A DNA stretch of 64,000 bases from Candidatus Gastranaerophilales bacterium. Its GTDB lineage: Bacteria > Cyanobacteriota > Vampirovibrionia > Gastranaerophilales > Gastranaerophilaceae. Both the position numbers and the translations under genes were made by a program. The stretch's first letter is position 1, and each line of letters starts with the position of its first letter. The notes under the pieces are model-generated. The model made no database searches, was not told the DNA's origin, and saw only the letters and a list, made by a program, of their open reading frames with translations. The stretch lies in assembly GCA_900768915.1 (NCBI GenBank), contig CAAGEQ010000010.1, positions 45,963-109,962 on the forward strand. Direction: 5' to 3'. Shown one piece after another: positions 9,438 through 18,709 of the stretch.

Positions 9438-10580
9438 ATGCCAAGTATAAGTACTATAAAAACATATACCCACAATTTAGGATTACGTAGTATCGTAGAG
9501 TCTAAGAAAACTAGTGATATTCATGGAATAAATCCTGTTGTTACGTGTTTAACTAATGGTAAAAGGACTGAATTATCACGTTACAATTCTATTGAAATGA
9601 TTCAAGCAAAAGTAATGAATAATATTGCTAAAACAGATTTGTATAAATTACTTTCAAATAAGACTAATTTTCCAAAAGCAGAAGCAAAAGATGTTGAACG
9701 TTTAACTTCTACTTCTTTAGATAGTACTTATAAGCGTGCTGTTTGGATAAATCCCAAAGATAAAAAAGGGTATTATCTTTTAGATGAGGGAATTACAAAA
9801 AGTGGCAATCAAAAGTTACGAATATTAAATAGTGATGGTGTTTTTGTTAAAAATGCAACAGTAGGACGCAAAACTGTTATTTTATCTGATTTAGTAAATA
9901 ATATACCTATTATTGATACTCATGGAAGTCAAGGTCATTTGAATCATACAGATATAGTTAATATTGTTGCTCGTAGGTACAATCCTTTTGCAAAATATAA
10001 AACTATTCAGCATGAAAAACCATCAAAGGTTGAAACTTTTAAACAAATGCAATCAAAAATAGATGATAATACATCTTGTATTTCTTGTTCTTATGGTGAA
10101 GAAACAGAAATGAATCCTAGACTTTTCAACAAACCTAATATAGATAGAATGTATGCATATAAACAATTATTATCTATGCGTAATGGAATTACTCGTACAG
10201 ATGCAGAAAAAGAAGTTGATAATGTTTTAAAACGTACTCGACTTTTATATTCTGCCGGTAATGATGGCGAAAATTTTATAAATAATTTGTTAGCACATAG
10301 TGGTGTAGAAGGTGTTGGAGGATTGGATAGTGTTGGTAATATATCAAAACACTCTTCTTCTGTTGATACAATATTTACTCAACATTATGAACAATATAAA
10401 TTTCCTGTTACTACAACAAAAGAAGGAATAAATATCACAGGATTAAAAGGTACTGATTATCCGTTTAGGCATCATGGACAAGTTGGTGAGTTGATACAAA
10501 TTTTTTCTGGAACATCATTTTCTGCTCCAATTAGGGCCGCAAAATTGGCTCTTAATGATATGATGGAAGGGGTTTTGTAA
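9438..10580 (+). CDS. Divergent subtilase (S8)-like protein
   Basis: Ordered motifs VILSDL (Asp?), DTHGSQGH (His), YSAGNDGEN (oxyanion Asn), SGTSFSAPIRAAKLAL (Ser). No signal peptide; ~140 aa unknown N-terminal region. Confidence 0.55.
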   Translation: MPSISTIKTYTHNLGLRSIVESKKTSDIHGINPVVTCLTNGKRTELSRYNSIEMIQAKVMNNIAKTDLYKLLSNKTNFPKAEAKDVERLTSTSLDSTYKRAVWINPKDKKGYYLLDEGITKSGNQKLRILNSDGVFVKNATVGRKTVILSDLVNNIPIIDTHGSQGHLNHTDIVNIVARRYNPFAKYKTIQHEKPSKVETFKQMQSKIDDNTSCISCSYGEETEMNPRLFNKPNIDRMYAYKQLLSMRNGITRTDAEKEVDNVLKRTRLLYSAGNDGENFINNLLAHSGVEGVGGLDSVGNISKHSSSVDTIFTQHYEQYKFPVTTTKEGINITGLKGTDYPFRHHGQVGELIQIFSGTSFSAPIRAAKLALNDMMEGVL

Positions 10581-10585
10581 TATAT

Positions 10586-10933
10586 TTATTCGCTTACGTG
10601 TTCTAATGCTTTTTCTAGAACAAGTTTTACGTGTTCATCATCAAGCGAATAATAAACATTTTTACCTTTTTTGTTTGCTCTAACAAGTTTTGCTGTACGT
10701 AAAACTTTTAGTTGATGTGATACGGCTGATTTTGTCATATTTAGTAAAACTGCTAAATCTCCAACGCACATTTCACTTTCTTCTAATGCCCATAATAATT
10801 GAATTCTAGTTCCGTCACCCATTACTTTGAAAAAGTCTGATAATTCATATAAGAGGTTCATATCAGGCATGCTTGGACTTACTTTATTAACTATGTCTAT
10901 ATTTATTGCTTCGCAATCTGAACGTTTAATCAT
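10586..10933 (-). CDS. ArsR/SmtB family metal-sensing repressor
   Basis: HTH MCVGDLAVLLNMTKSAVSHQLKVLRTAKLV..KKGKNVYYSL. ATG at 10933 lies 6 nt after GGAG; the ORF-track start at 10945 is a TTG. Confidence 0.85.
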   Translation of the reverse strand: MIKRSDCEAINIDIVNKVSPSMPDMNLLYELSDFFKVMGDGTRIQLLWALEESEMCVGDLAVLLNMTKSAVSHQLKVLRTAKLVRANKKGKNVYYSLDDEHVKLVLEKALEHVSE

Positions 10934-10953
10934 TATTATCTCCAATCATTAAT

Positions 10954-10982
10954 ATAATAGCATTAAATGAACAGTTGTTCAA
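10954..10982 (-). promoter_or_regulatory. Putative arsR promoter (-35 TTGAAC, 17-nt spacer, -10 TATTAT on the minus strand) overlapping operator 1 (TGAACAGTTGTTCA, 10968-10981)
   Basis: Perfect 6-2-6 palindrome TGAACA-GT-TGTTCA; the -35 hexamer lies inside it. Confidence 0.55.
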
Positions 10983-11018
10983 TTGTGTAAATAATGTAAA
11001 ATTTTGTCTATGAAAGGA

Positions 11019-11073
11019 TTGACAATTGAATAGTTGTTCAATTATAATAATAGTACAGTTGAATAATTGTTCA
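11019..11073 (+). promoter_or_regulatory. Putative ATPase-operon promoter (TTGACA 11019-11024, TATAAT 11043-11048) with operators 2 (11027-11040) and 3 (11060-11073)
   Basis: TGAATAGTTGTTCA sits between -35 and -10; TGAATAATTGTTCA sits just downstream of -10. Both are near-copies of operator 1. Confidence 0.55.
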
Positions 11074-11088
11074 ACGAATGGTGGTAAT

Positions 11089-12975
11089 ATGGCAGAATGT
11101 AAACATAATCATTGTTGTGAAGATTGTCACGAAGAAGAAAATTTACAAGTATCTAAGATAGTTATATCAGTAATTTTGCTTGCGTTTGGTTTGTTATTGA
11201 GTGGTTATCCTCAAGTTAAAATTGTGATATTTTTGTTCGCTTATTTATTGGTTGGTTTTGATATTATTTCAGAAGCCGTTAAGAATATATTGCATGGTGA
11301 AGTTTTTGATGAAAATTTTTTGATGAGTATTGCTACTATTGGTGCATTCTGTATAAAAGAATATCCGGAAGCAATTATGGTTATGGTGTTATATCAACTT
11401 GGTGAATATTTTCAACATCGTGCCGTTGAAAAATCTAGACAATCTATTACTCAATTGATGGATATTAGACCAGATTTTGCTAATGTGATTTTTAATGATG
11501 AAATTGTTATTAAGACCCCAGAAAATGTTAAAATAGATGACACTATAATCGTAAAAACAGGTGAAAAAATACCATTAGACGGCATTGTTATTGAAGGTAG
11601 TGCTACAATTGATGTTTCTGCTCTAACAGGTGAATCTGCACCTAAAAAAATATCTGTTGGTGATAATGCGATTAGTGGTTCAATAAATATTAATGGTGTA
11701 TTGAAAATAAAAGTTACAAAATTATTTCAAAATTCTACTGTTTCAAAAATTTTAGAATTAGTTCAAGAGGTGGCAGAAAAGAAATCAAAATCAGAAAACT
11801 TTATATCTAAATTTGCTAAGATTTATACTCCAATAGTTGTTTTCTTGGCAGTATTGTTAGTTATTATTCCAACAATATTTTTTAATGGAGTTTTTTCAAT
11901 ATGGTTTCAAAGGGCTTTAACATTTTTAGTTATTTCTTGTCCTTGTGCATTTGTTATTGCAATTCCATTAAGTTTCTTTGCAGGCATTGGAGGTGCTTCA
12001 AAATGTGGAATTTTAATTAAAGGTAGCAATTATATAGAACAATTATCAAAAGTTAATGCAGTATTTTTTGATAAAACGGGTACACTTACAAAAGGTGCAT
12101 TTAGAGTTGTTGATATTATTCCGAATGATAATTGTACAAAAGATGAATTGCTTAAAGATACTGCTTATGTTGAATATTTTTCAAGTCACCCAATCGCTAT
12201 TTCTATTAAACAAGCATTTGGAAAAGAGGTTGATTATAACAATGTATCAAATTTAGAAGAATTTGCCGGACTTGGTTTGAAAGCAACAATTGATGGGTAT
12301 GATGTTATAGTTGGTAATGAAAAGTTGATGAATAAATTCAATATAGAATTTGAGAAACAACAAAAAGATGGAACAATTGTTTATGTTGCAAAAGATGATA
12401 AGTATTTAGGCGCAATTATCATCTCAGATGAAATAAAAGAAAACGTTATATCATCAATTGAATTATTGAAAAAAATAGTAAAGTTTGTTGCTATTTTAAC
12501 TGGTGATGTCAAAAATTCGGCAGATTATATTGCAAAAAAAATAGGTATAGTAAATGTTTATTCAAATTTATTACCAATAGATAAGGTGAAAAAAATAGAA
12601 GAATGTATAAAGGAAAATAAAACCGTCATGTTTGTTGGTGACGGTATAAATGATGCACCAGTATTAATGAGAGCAGATGTTGGTGTTGCTATGGGTGCAT
12701 TAGGTTCAGATGCTGCTATTGAATCTGCTGATGTTGTTATTATGGACGATAAAATATCTAAAATACCGATGGCAATAAAAATTTCTAAAAAAACAATGTC
12801 TATTGTTTGGCAAAATATTATTTTTGCATTAGGTGTGAAAATATTGTTTTTAATATTAGGTGCATTAGGTTATATTTCTATGTGGGGAGCAGTTTTTGCT
12901 GATGTTGGTGTTACGTTAGTTGCAATCCTAAATGCATTACGCTCTTTACAAATAAATGATTTTATTAAAAAATGA
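11089..12975 (+). CDS. Heavy-metal translocating P1B-type ATPase (Zn/Cd/Co-type)
   Basis: CPC in SCPCAFVIAIP, DKTGTLT, GDGINDAP, TGES. N-terminus is Cys/His-rich (MAECKHNHCCEDCHEEE). Start taken at the ATG at 11089, after the promoter and operators. Confidence 0.9.
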   Translation: MAECKHNHCCEDCHEEENLQVSKIVISVILLAFGLLLSGYPQVKIVIFLFAYLLVGFDIISEAVKNILHGEVFDENFLMSIATIGAFCIKEYPEAIMVMVLYQLGEYFQHRAVEKSRQSITQLMDIRPDFANVIFNDEIVIKTPENVKIDDTIIVKTGEKIPLDGIVIEGSATIDVSALTGESAPKKISVGDNAISGSININGVLKIKVTKLFQNSTVSKILELVQEVAEKKSKSENFISKFAKIYTPIVVFLAVLLVIIPTIFFNGVFSIWFQRALTFLVISCPCAFVIAIPLSFFAGIGGASKCGILIKGSNYIEQLSKVNAVFFDKTGTLTKGAFRVVDIIPNDNCTKDELLKDTAYVEYFSSHPIAISIKQAFGKEVDYNNVSNLEEFAGLGLKATIDGYDVIVGNEKLMNKFNIEFEKQQKDGTIVYVAKDDKYLGAIIISDEIKENVISSIELLKKIVKFVAILTGDVKNSADYIAKKIGIVNVYSNLLPIDKVKKIEECIKENKTVMFVGDGINDAPVLMRADVGVAMGALGSDAAIESADVVIMDDKISKIPMAIKISKKTMSIVWQNIIFALGVKILFLILGALGYISMWGAVFADVGVTLVAILNALRSLQINDFIKK

Positions 12976-12997
12976 AAGAGTATAGGAGATTAGTAAG

Positions 12998-13837
12998 TTG
13001 GAAAAAATACTCACATTGATATATGTTACAGCATTTGCTGGAATTGGTGGAACTGGTTTAGGTGGTGTTATCGGAGCATTATTTAAAAAAGATTCTGATA
13101 GGACTGCTAGTTTGTTATTGAGTTTTGCAGCAGGTGTAATGGTTGCAATCGTTTGTTTTGATTTGATTGTTAGTGCAATTGATACTAAAACAAATATTTT
13201 AATTGTCTGTGCCGGTATTGCATTTGGTGTGTTGGTTGTTTATTCACTAAACTTTTTTATTGATAGATTTACCAATTTAGAAGTTGAACATATTGATAAC
13301 TCTCACCCTCAAACTGCAGATGATTTAGATGAGATTATTCATAGTAATCATTTATCAGTTCATATAAAAAAACACGATACAAAGATGGCATTGCTTACAG
13401 CAGGTGTAATTATGGCATTTGCTATTGCTCTTCATAACTTGCCAGAGGGTATGACAATTGGTGCATCTTATGCAAATACTAAGGGGTTAATGCAAGGTTC
13501 TGCTTTAGTTCTATCAATACTTATTGGTTTACACAATATTCCAGAGGGTATGGCAATTGCTGTTCCATTGATTAATGGTGGTGTAAAAAGACGTCTTGCA
13601 ATACTTATTACAGCATTGAGTGGTGCTCCAACAATAGTAGGTGCATTAGTTGGTTTTTGGATAGGTGATATTGGACCATTAGGATTAGCATTAAGTTTAA
13701 GTTTTGCTAGTGGTGCAATGTTATATGTTGTTTTTGGTGAAATATTACCTCAATCAATTCTTATGTATAGAAGTAAATTACCAGCATTTTTTGTAATTAT
13801 TGGTATGCTTTTGGGGTTGGTAGTAATTCATTCATAA
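12998..13837 (+). CDS. ZIP family metal transporter (ZupT-like)
   Basis: Duplicated HNLPEGM / HNIPEGMA motifs and a His-rich loop (EHIDNSHP...HSNHLSVHIKKHD). TTG start 9 nt after AGGAG. Confidence 0.85.
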   Translation: MEKILTLIYVTAFAGIGGTGLGGVIGALFKKDSDRTASLLLSFAAGVMVAIVCFDLIVSAIDTKTNILIVCAGIAFGVLVVYSLNFFIDRFTNLEVEHIDNSHPQTADDLDEIIHSNHLSVHIKKHDTKMALLTAGVIMAFAIALHNLPEGMTIGASYANTKGLMQGSALVLSILIGLHNIPEGMAIAVPLINGGVKRRLAILITALSGAPTIVGALVGFWIGDIGPLGLALSLSFASGAMLYVVFGEILPQSILMYRSKLPAFFVIIGMLLGLVVIHS

Positions 13838-13898
13838 TTTAATTGTTGTATTTTGTACACTAAATATGTTACTATCATAATAAGTTAAGGATAAAATT

Positions 13899-15434
13899 AT
13901 GATAGTTAATACATTGAAGAAAGATTTTTTAGCCTCAATAATTGTATTTTTGGTGGCTTTGCCGTTAGCAATTGGTATCTCAATCGCTTGTGGATTACCA
14001 ATCTATAGTGGTATTGTTTCAGGTATTATTGGTGGTATTGTAGTTGGTGCATTTTCTGGAAATTCTTTACAAGTTTCTGGGCCTGCTGCTGGTTTAATAT
14101 TGATTATTGTTGATATTATGCAAACGATGGGGGTTGAAAAACTCTTTTTAATTATATTTATTGTTGGGCTTTTGCAAATAACATTCGGATTATTTTCTTT
14201 TGGTAAATGGTTTAGAGCAATTTCTCCTGCAATAATTCAAGGTATGTTAGCTGGAATTGGTGTTTCGATTTTTCTTTCTCAATTTCATATAATGTTAGAT
14301 AGTACACCTAAAAATAATTTTATTGATAACATAAAAGATTTATGTAGTGTTATTTATCATTCTGTCTTACCATTAGATGGTTCAAATCATCATTTGGCTT
14401 GTATGATTGGAGTATTAACTATTGTTGTTATGTTGATTTGGAAAGTTATTCCTATTAAAAAGTTGAAATTTATTCCATCTGCTTTAGTCGGTATTATTGT
14501 TTCATCTATTGTTGCAAATGCATATCATTTTAATATTAATTATATTCAAGTTGATTCTAATTTTTTGAATAATATGACTTTTATCAAGCCTGCTCAATTC
14601 TTGGGTATATTTGATTTTAAAGTACTTTTAAATGCTTTGGTTATCACATTTATTGCTAGTGCAGAAACATTGCTTACCTCTGCTGCTATTGATAAAATGA
14701 GTACTAATTCTAAAACAGATTATGATAAAGAAATCATTGCTCAAGGTATAGGTAATTCATTATCAGGTTTAGTGGGTGGTTTACCTATTACTGGTGTAAT
14801 TGTTCGTAGTGCTGCAAATATTAATGCAGATGCTCAAACTAGAATGTCTGCAATTTTACACGGCGTTTGGTTATTGTTATTCGTTACAGTATTTCCACAA
14901 GTATTAAATTATATTCCAATTTCAGCATTGGCGGCAATTCTTGTATATACAGGTTATAAATTGATAGATGTTGATGCTGCGAAACATATTTATACTTTAA
15001 GTAAAGGTGAATTTTTGATTTATTTAATTACTCTTGTTTCAATATTATTTACGAATTTGTTTGAGGGTATTTTGATTGGTTTTGGTTTTGCTTTCTTAAA
15101 GAGTGCTTATAAAGTTTTGAAAGTTGATATTGATAAAGAATTTGTTGAAGCAGAAAATAAGATTATTGTTAAATTGCATGGTAATATTACATTCTTGCAA
15201 TTACCAATGTTAATTGAATCAATGGATCATCTTCCAAAAAATAAAAATATTCATTTATGTACGGAACGTTTGCATTATATCGATCATGCCTGTGTTGATT
15301 ATATCAAGTATTGGGAAAAAGAACGTTTGAACAAGATGAAAGGCTATACCGTAGATATTGCTTGGGATGAAATCAGTAAGACTTATCCAAGTTTTGAATG
15401 GGATAAATTCCATGAAAAACACGACGAAGAATAA
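13899..15434 (+). CDS. SulP family inorganic anion transporter with C-terminal STAS-like domain
   Basis: N-terminus DFLASIIVFLVALPLAIGISIA, SGPAAG motif, multi-TM core, soluble ~110-aa C-terminus. Confidence 0.85.
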   Translation: MIVNTLKKDFLASIIVFLVALPLAIGISIACGLPIYSGIVSGIIGGIVVGAFSGNSLQVSGPAAGLILIIVDIMQTMGVEKLFLIIFIVGLLQITFGLFSFGKWFRAISPAIIQGMLAGIGVSIFLSQFHIMLDSTPKNNFIDNIKDLCSVIYHSVLPLDGSNHHLACMIGVLTIVVMLIWKVIPIKKLKFIPSALVGIIVSSIVANAYHFNINYIQVDSNFLNNMTFIKPAQFLGIFDFKVLLNALVITFIASAETLLTSAAIDKMSTNSKTDYDKEIIAQGIGNSLSGLVGGLPITGVIVRSAANINADAQTRMSAILHGVWLLLFVTVFPQVLNYIPISALAAILVYTGYKLIDVDAAKHIYTLSKGEFLIYLITLVSILFTNLFEGILIGFGFAFLKSAYKVLKVDIDKEFVEAENKIIVKLHGNITFLQLPMLIESMDHLPKNKNIHLCTERLHYIDHACVDYIKYWEKERLNKMKGYTVDIAWDEISKTYPSFEWDKFHEKHDEE

Positions 15435-15470
15435 ATATTGTAAATATTATTTTATTTTTTAGCAAATTTA

Positions 15471-16511
15471 TTGATTGATAGACATTATAGTTGTGTGATT
15501 ATACAAAATTATAGCCCTAGTGTATCTTATTCAATCAACAAAAATAATAGAACTAATAATTATAAAATTAGTTCGTTACCTTGTGATACAGTATCATTTC
15601 AAGGTCATGCCGGTATCGAAAGATATGCTAAAAATGGGATTGATTATTTGAAACATGAAACTGCTTTTTTTAGAGAAGCAACAACTGATAATTTCGTGAA
15701 AAATTTTATCAAAGATAATTTTGCTGAAAAAAATAAAATAAAAATAGTTATTGGTGGTTGTTCAACAGGTGAAGAAGCCGTCACTTATAGTATGTTGCTT
15801 GATGATATGAAAAATAAAGTTGATATTTTAGGATTTGATTTAAGTAAAACGTCTATTGAACAAGCAAAAAAAAGAACATATTTATTTCATAAACCTAATG
15901 AAAAAGAAAAAGAAGAATTAGAATCTATGGGGGTTGCTGCATATAGAGATTCTTATTTAGTCTTTGATAGTAAAAAACAATTGACCGATGATGAAAAACA
16001 AAATAAAGTATTATTTGATAAATTTTTCGAAAAATCAGATGAAATTGTTGAAAATAAAAAGCCGTTAATTGAACGTTTTCAAGATTGGTTAATTTCAAAA
16101 ATTTATAAAGAACCTCCAATGGCTATGCAGAAAAAATTATACAAATTAAAAGATGGCAAGGCTGATAATTGTAAATTTATTCAAGGTGATATTGAAGATA
16201 TTAGAGGTATTGTCGGTGAAAAGAAAGCAGATGTAATTTTGTTTAGAAATGCTATGTATCATTTAACAACTAAAGAAATTGGTTATGAAGCAACTCGTGT
16301 TCCTAGAAAAAATTCTCCAACAATTGTAGAAAATATTTGTAAAAAAATGAAAGATAGTTTATCTGATAATGGTTTGTTAGTTTTTGGTAAAAATGAACAT
16401 TCTCAAATGGTTGATGAAAATACATTACCAAATGTTATGATGAAATTAGGCTTTAAACCGTTGAATAAATTAGATAATAAACATGTTACTGTTTGGCAAA
16501 AAGTTTCATAA
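15471..16511 (+). CDS. Orphan CheR-type SAM-dependent methyltransferase-like protein
   Basis: GGCSTGEEAVTYSMLL (CheR SAM-binding motif), ILGFDLS...AKKRTY, DVILFRNAMYHL. TTG start. Leader motif DTVSFQG at aa 39-45. Confidence 0.6.
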   Translation: MIDRHYSCVIIQNYSPSVSYSINKNNRTNNYKISSLPCDTVSFQGHAGIERYAKNGIDYLKHETAFFREATTDNFVKNFIKDNFAEKNKIKIVIGGCSTGEEAVTYSMLLDDMKNKVDILGFDLSKTSIEQAKKRTYLFHKPNEKEKEELESMGVAAYRDSYLVFDSKKQLTDDEKQNKVLFDKFFEKSDEIVENKKPLIERFQDWLISKIYKEPPMAMQKKLYKLKDGKADNCKFIQGDIEDIRGIVGEKKADVILFRNAMYHLTTKEIGYEATRVPRKNSPTIVENICKKMKDSLSDNGLLVFGKNEHSQMVDENTLPNVMMKLGFKPLNKLDNKHVTVWQKVS

Positions 16512-17915
16512 TTATTTTGTAAGATAAGGAAGTTCTATTATAAAATTAGTTCCTTTATTAAGTTCACTTTCAATATGAATTGTTCCATTGTGTAATTCAA
16601 TTATGTTTTTTACAATTGCTAATCCTAGTCCAGTTCCACCAGTTTTTCTGCTACGTGCCTTATCTATTCTAAAGAATTTTTCAAATAAACGTTCAAAATA
16701 TTTTTTTTCTATGCCAATACCATAATCTTTTACTTCAATTTTCAAGGTTGTTTTGTTATCAGATAATATGACATCAATTTTGTCTGATTGTGAGTATTTT
16801 ATTGCATTATTAATCAAGTTTGAGATTGCTCTGTGCATAAGTTCATCTTCTCCATAGAAGAAATAAACTTTATCAGCAATAAGATTAACTTTTATATTTG
16901 GAGTAGATGAATAATTTATAATATTATTTATCAAATTGTTTAAAGAAAATTCTTTATAATCTTTATTATCATTACTTTTTTCTGCCTCAATTTCTGCTAA
17001 ATTAAGAATATCATTTACTAAAATATTTATATATTTAACTTGATAAGAGATGATATTAAAGCATTCTTTATCTGCTTCATTCATTTCATCATATCTGGTT
17101 TCAATTAGTTCTACTGCAGAATTTATAGCAGTAATAGGTGTTTTAATTTCGTGTGTGATATTTTGTATAAAATCACTTTTATATTCTTCGAGTTGTTCTA
17201 ATCTTTGAATTTGACGTTTTAATCTTTTTGTCATTTTCTTTACAGAAATTGCTAGTTCTTCAAGGATTCCAATATCCGGAATAGTTATTTCGGTATCAAG
17301 ATTTCCATTTGCAATTTGGGTTATGCTATCTTGTAGAGTGTTAAATGGAACTCTGATTTTTTGGATAATATATATAAAACTAGAAATTAAAAGTAGTAAA
17401 CAAGCACCTAAGAACAACCAAATACTACGTTGTGCTTTTAAGATACTTTTCATTACATCTTCTTCAGAAACAGTGATTTCTAAATAATATTTTTTGTTCT
17501 TTATTGTTAGTTTTTCAACGTGACAAATTATTTTGTCTTTAATAGAGTGTCTATAAAGTTTAAAGATATCCTTGCAAGTTTTATGAAATTCAATGTTATC
17601 TTTTGCAAGTTGTGTATCTGAAAAACCTTTTGAAGATGCTAATAATTTTTTATTATTATCAAATATTCTGAATTTTATATTTTCATATTGGAAATCATCA
17701 CAATATTGTTGAAGTTTTCTTGTATTATGAGTTTCAATTAGTGGTGTAATAACCCATTCTATTTGCTTTTGAAAGATTGTTAGTTCTTCAATTTCTTCTT
17801 TCATATAAGAATTGTTAAATTTGACAATGTTATACAAAGACAATGCAGCAAAAATTAGTATTATTGTTGTGAAACTGTACAGTTTGTTTAACCAAAATTT
17901 ATCTCGTTTATTCAT
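16512..17915 (-). CDS. Sensor histidine kinase (TM-HAMP-HisKA-HATPase)
   Basis: H-box FIQNITHEIKTPIT, N-box LINNAIKYS, G-boxes DYGIGI and GTGLGLAIV. Start placed at the ATG in ATGAATAA, which overlaps the regulator stop by 8 nt. Confidence 0.85.
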   Translation of the reverse strand: MNKRDKFWLNKLYSFTTIILIFAALSLYNIVKFNNSYMKEEIEELTIFQKQIEWVITPLIETHNTRKLQQYCDDFQYENIKFRIFDNNKKLLASSKGFSDTQLAKDNIEFHKTCKDIFKLYRHSIKDKIICHVEKLTIKNKKYYLEITVSEEDVMKSILKAQRSIWLFLGACLLLLISSFIYIIQKIRVPFNTLQDSITQIANGNLDTEITIPDIGILEELAISVKKMTKRLKRQIQRLEQLEEYKSDFIQNITHEIKTPITAINSAVELIETRYDEMNEADKECFNIISYQVKYINILVNDILNLAEIEAEKSNDNKDYKEFSLNNLINNIINYSSTPNIKVNLIADKVYFFYGEDELMHRAISNLINNAIKYSQSDKIDVILSDNKTTLKIEVKDYGIGIEKKYFERLFEKFFRIDKARSRKTGGTGLGLAIVKNIIELHNGTIHIESELNKGTNFIIELPYLTK

Positions 17916-18612
17916 TATTTGGTTCCTTAAGTCTATATCCAACGCCACGCAATGTTTCTAAATCTGTACTAAGTTTATTTAACTTTCTTCTTATGTTTAA
18001 GATTTGAACGTCAACGGCTCTTTCTGATATATCAAAACCATCATCACCACGCAAATATTCAAGTATTTGAGAACGAGTATAAACTTTTCCTACATTTGCA
18101 ATAAATAGTTTTAATATCTCAAATTCAAATCTTGTTAGTTTAATTTCTTGATTATCAATTTCAGCACTACGTTTGTCTTCATTTAGTACTAATGTTTTAT
18201 AACTAAGTATTTTGTTTTGTTCTTTTGCTAAATGTGCACGTATCCTTGCTAACAAAATTTTGTTGCTAAATGGTTTTGTTATATAATCAATTGCACCACA
18301 TTCAAAACCTTTTACAATATCTTCTTCCATTTTTTTTGCAGTTAGCATTATTATAGGTATATTTTTAAGTCTAATATCTTGTTTTATTGCTTTGCAAACT
18401 GTGAAACCATCTATTTCTGGTAACATTACATCTAGCAGCACAAGGTCAGGCATGTAGTTTTTAATTATATTTAATGCTTCTTGCCCATCGTATGCTTTTT
18501 TTATATTGTGGTAGCCATCAGACAACAATACTAACTCAATTAGTCGATTGATGTCGTGTTCATCTTCTACAATTAAAATTTTACTGTCTTTAAGCATATT
18601 TATATTATACAT
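17908..18612 (-). CDS. OmpR/PhoB family response regulator
   Basis: Receiver domain (ILIVEDE, DLVLLDVMLPEIDG, LTAK) and winged-helix output (LTRFEFEILKLF...VDVQILNIRRKL...LRGVGYRL). Confidence 0.9.
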   Translation of the reverse strand: MYNINMLKDSKILIVEDEHDINRLIELVLLSDGYHNIKKAYDGQEALNIIKNYMPDLVLLDVMLPEIDGFTVCKAIKQDIRLKNIPIIMLTAKKMEEDIVKGFECGAIDYITKPFSNKILLARIRAHLAKEQNKILSYKTLVLNEDKRSAEIDNQEIKLTRFEFEILKLFIANVGKVYTRSQILEYLRGDDGFDISERAVDVQILNIRRKLNKLSTDLETLRGVGYRLKEPNNE

Positions 18613-18709
18613 GTTTTCTGTTAGATATACATTAGTTTTGTGTTAGCAATTTTGTTTTATATACAATTTACGATATAATGTGAATGGAATATTGAATTTG
18701 GAGTTTATT

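Noticed and set aside
17916-17948. The longer start (17948) for the histidine kinase
   Set aside because: It would overlap the response regulator by 41 nt. The ATG at 17915 gives the classic ATGAATAA stop/start coupling.
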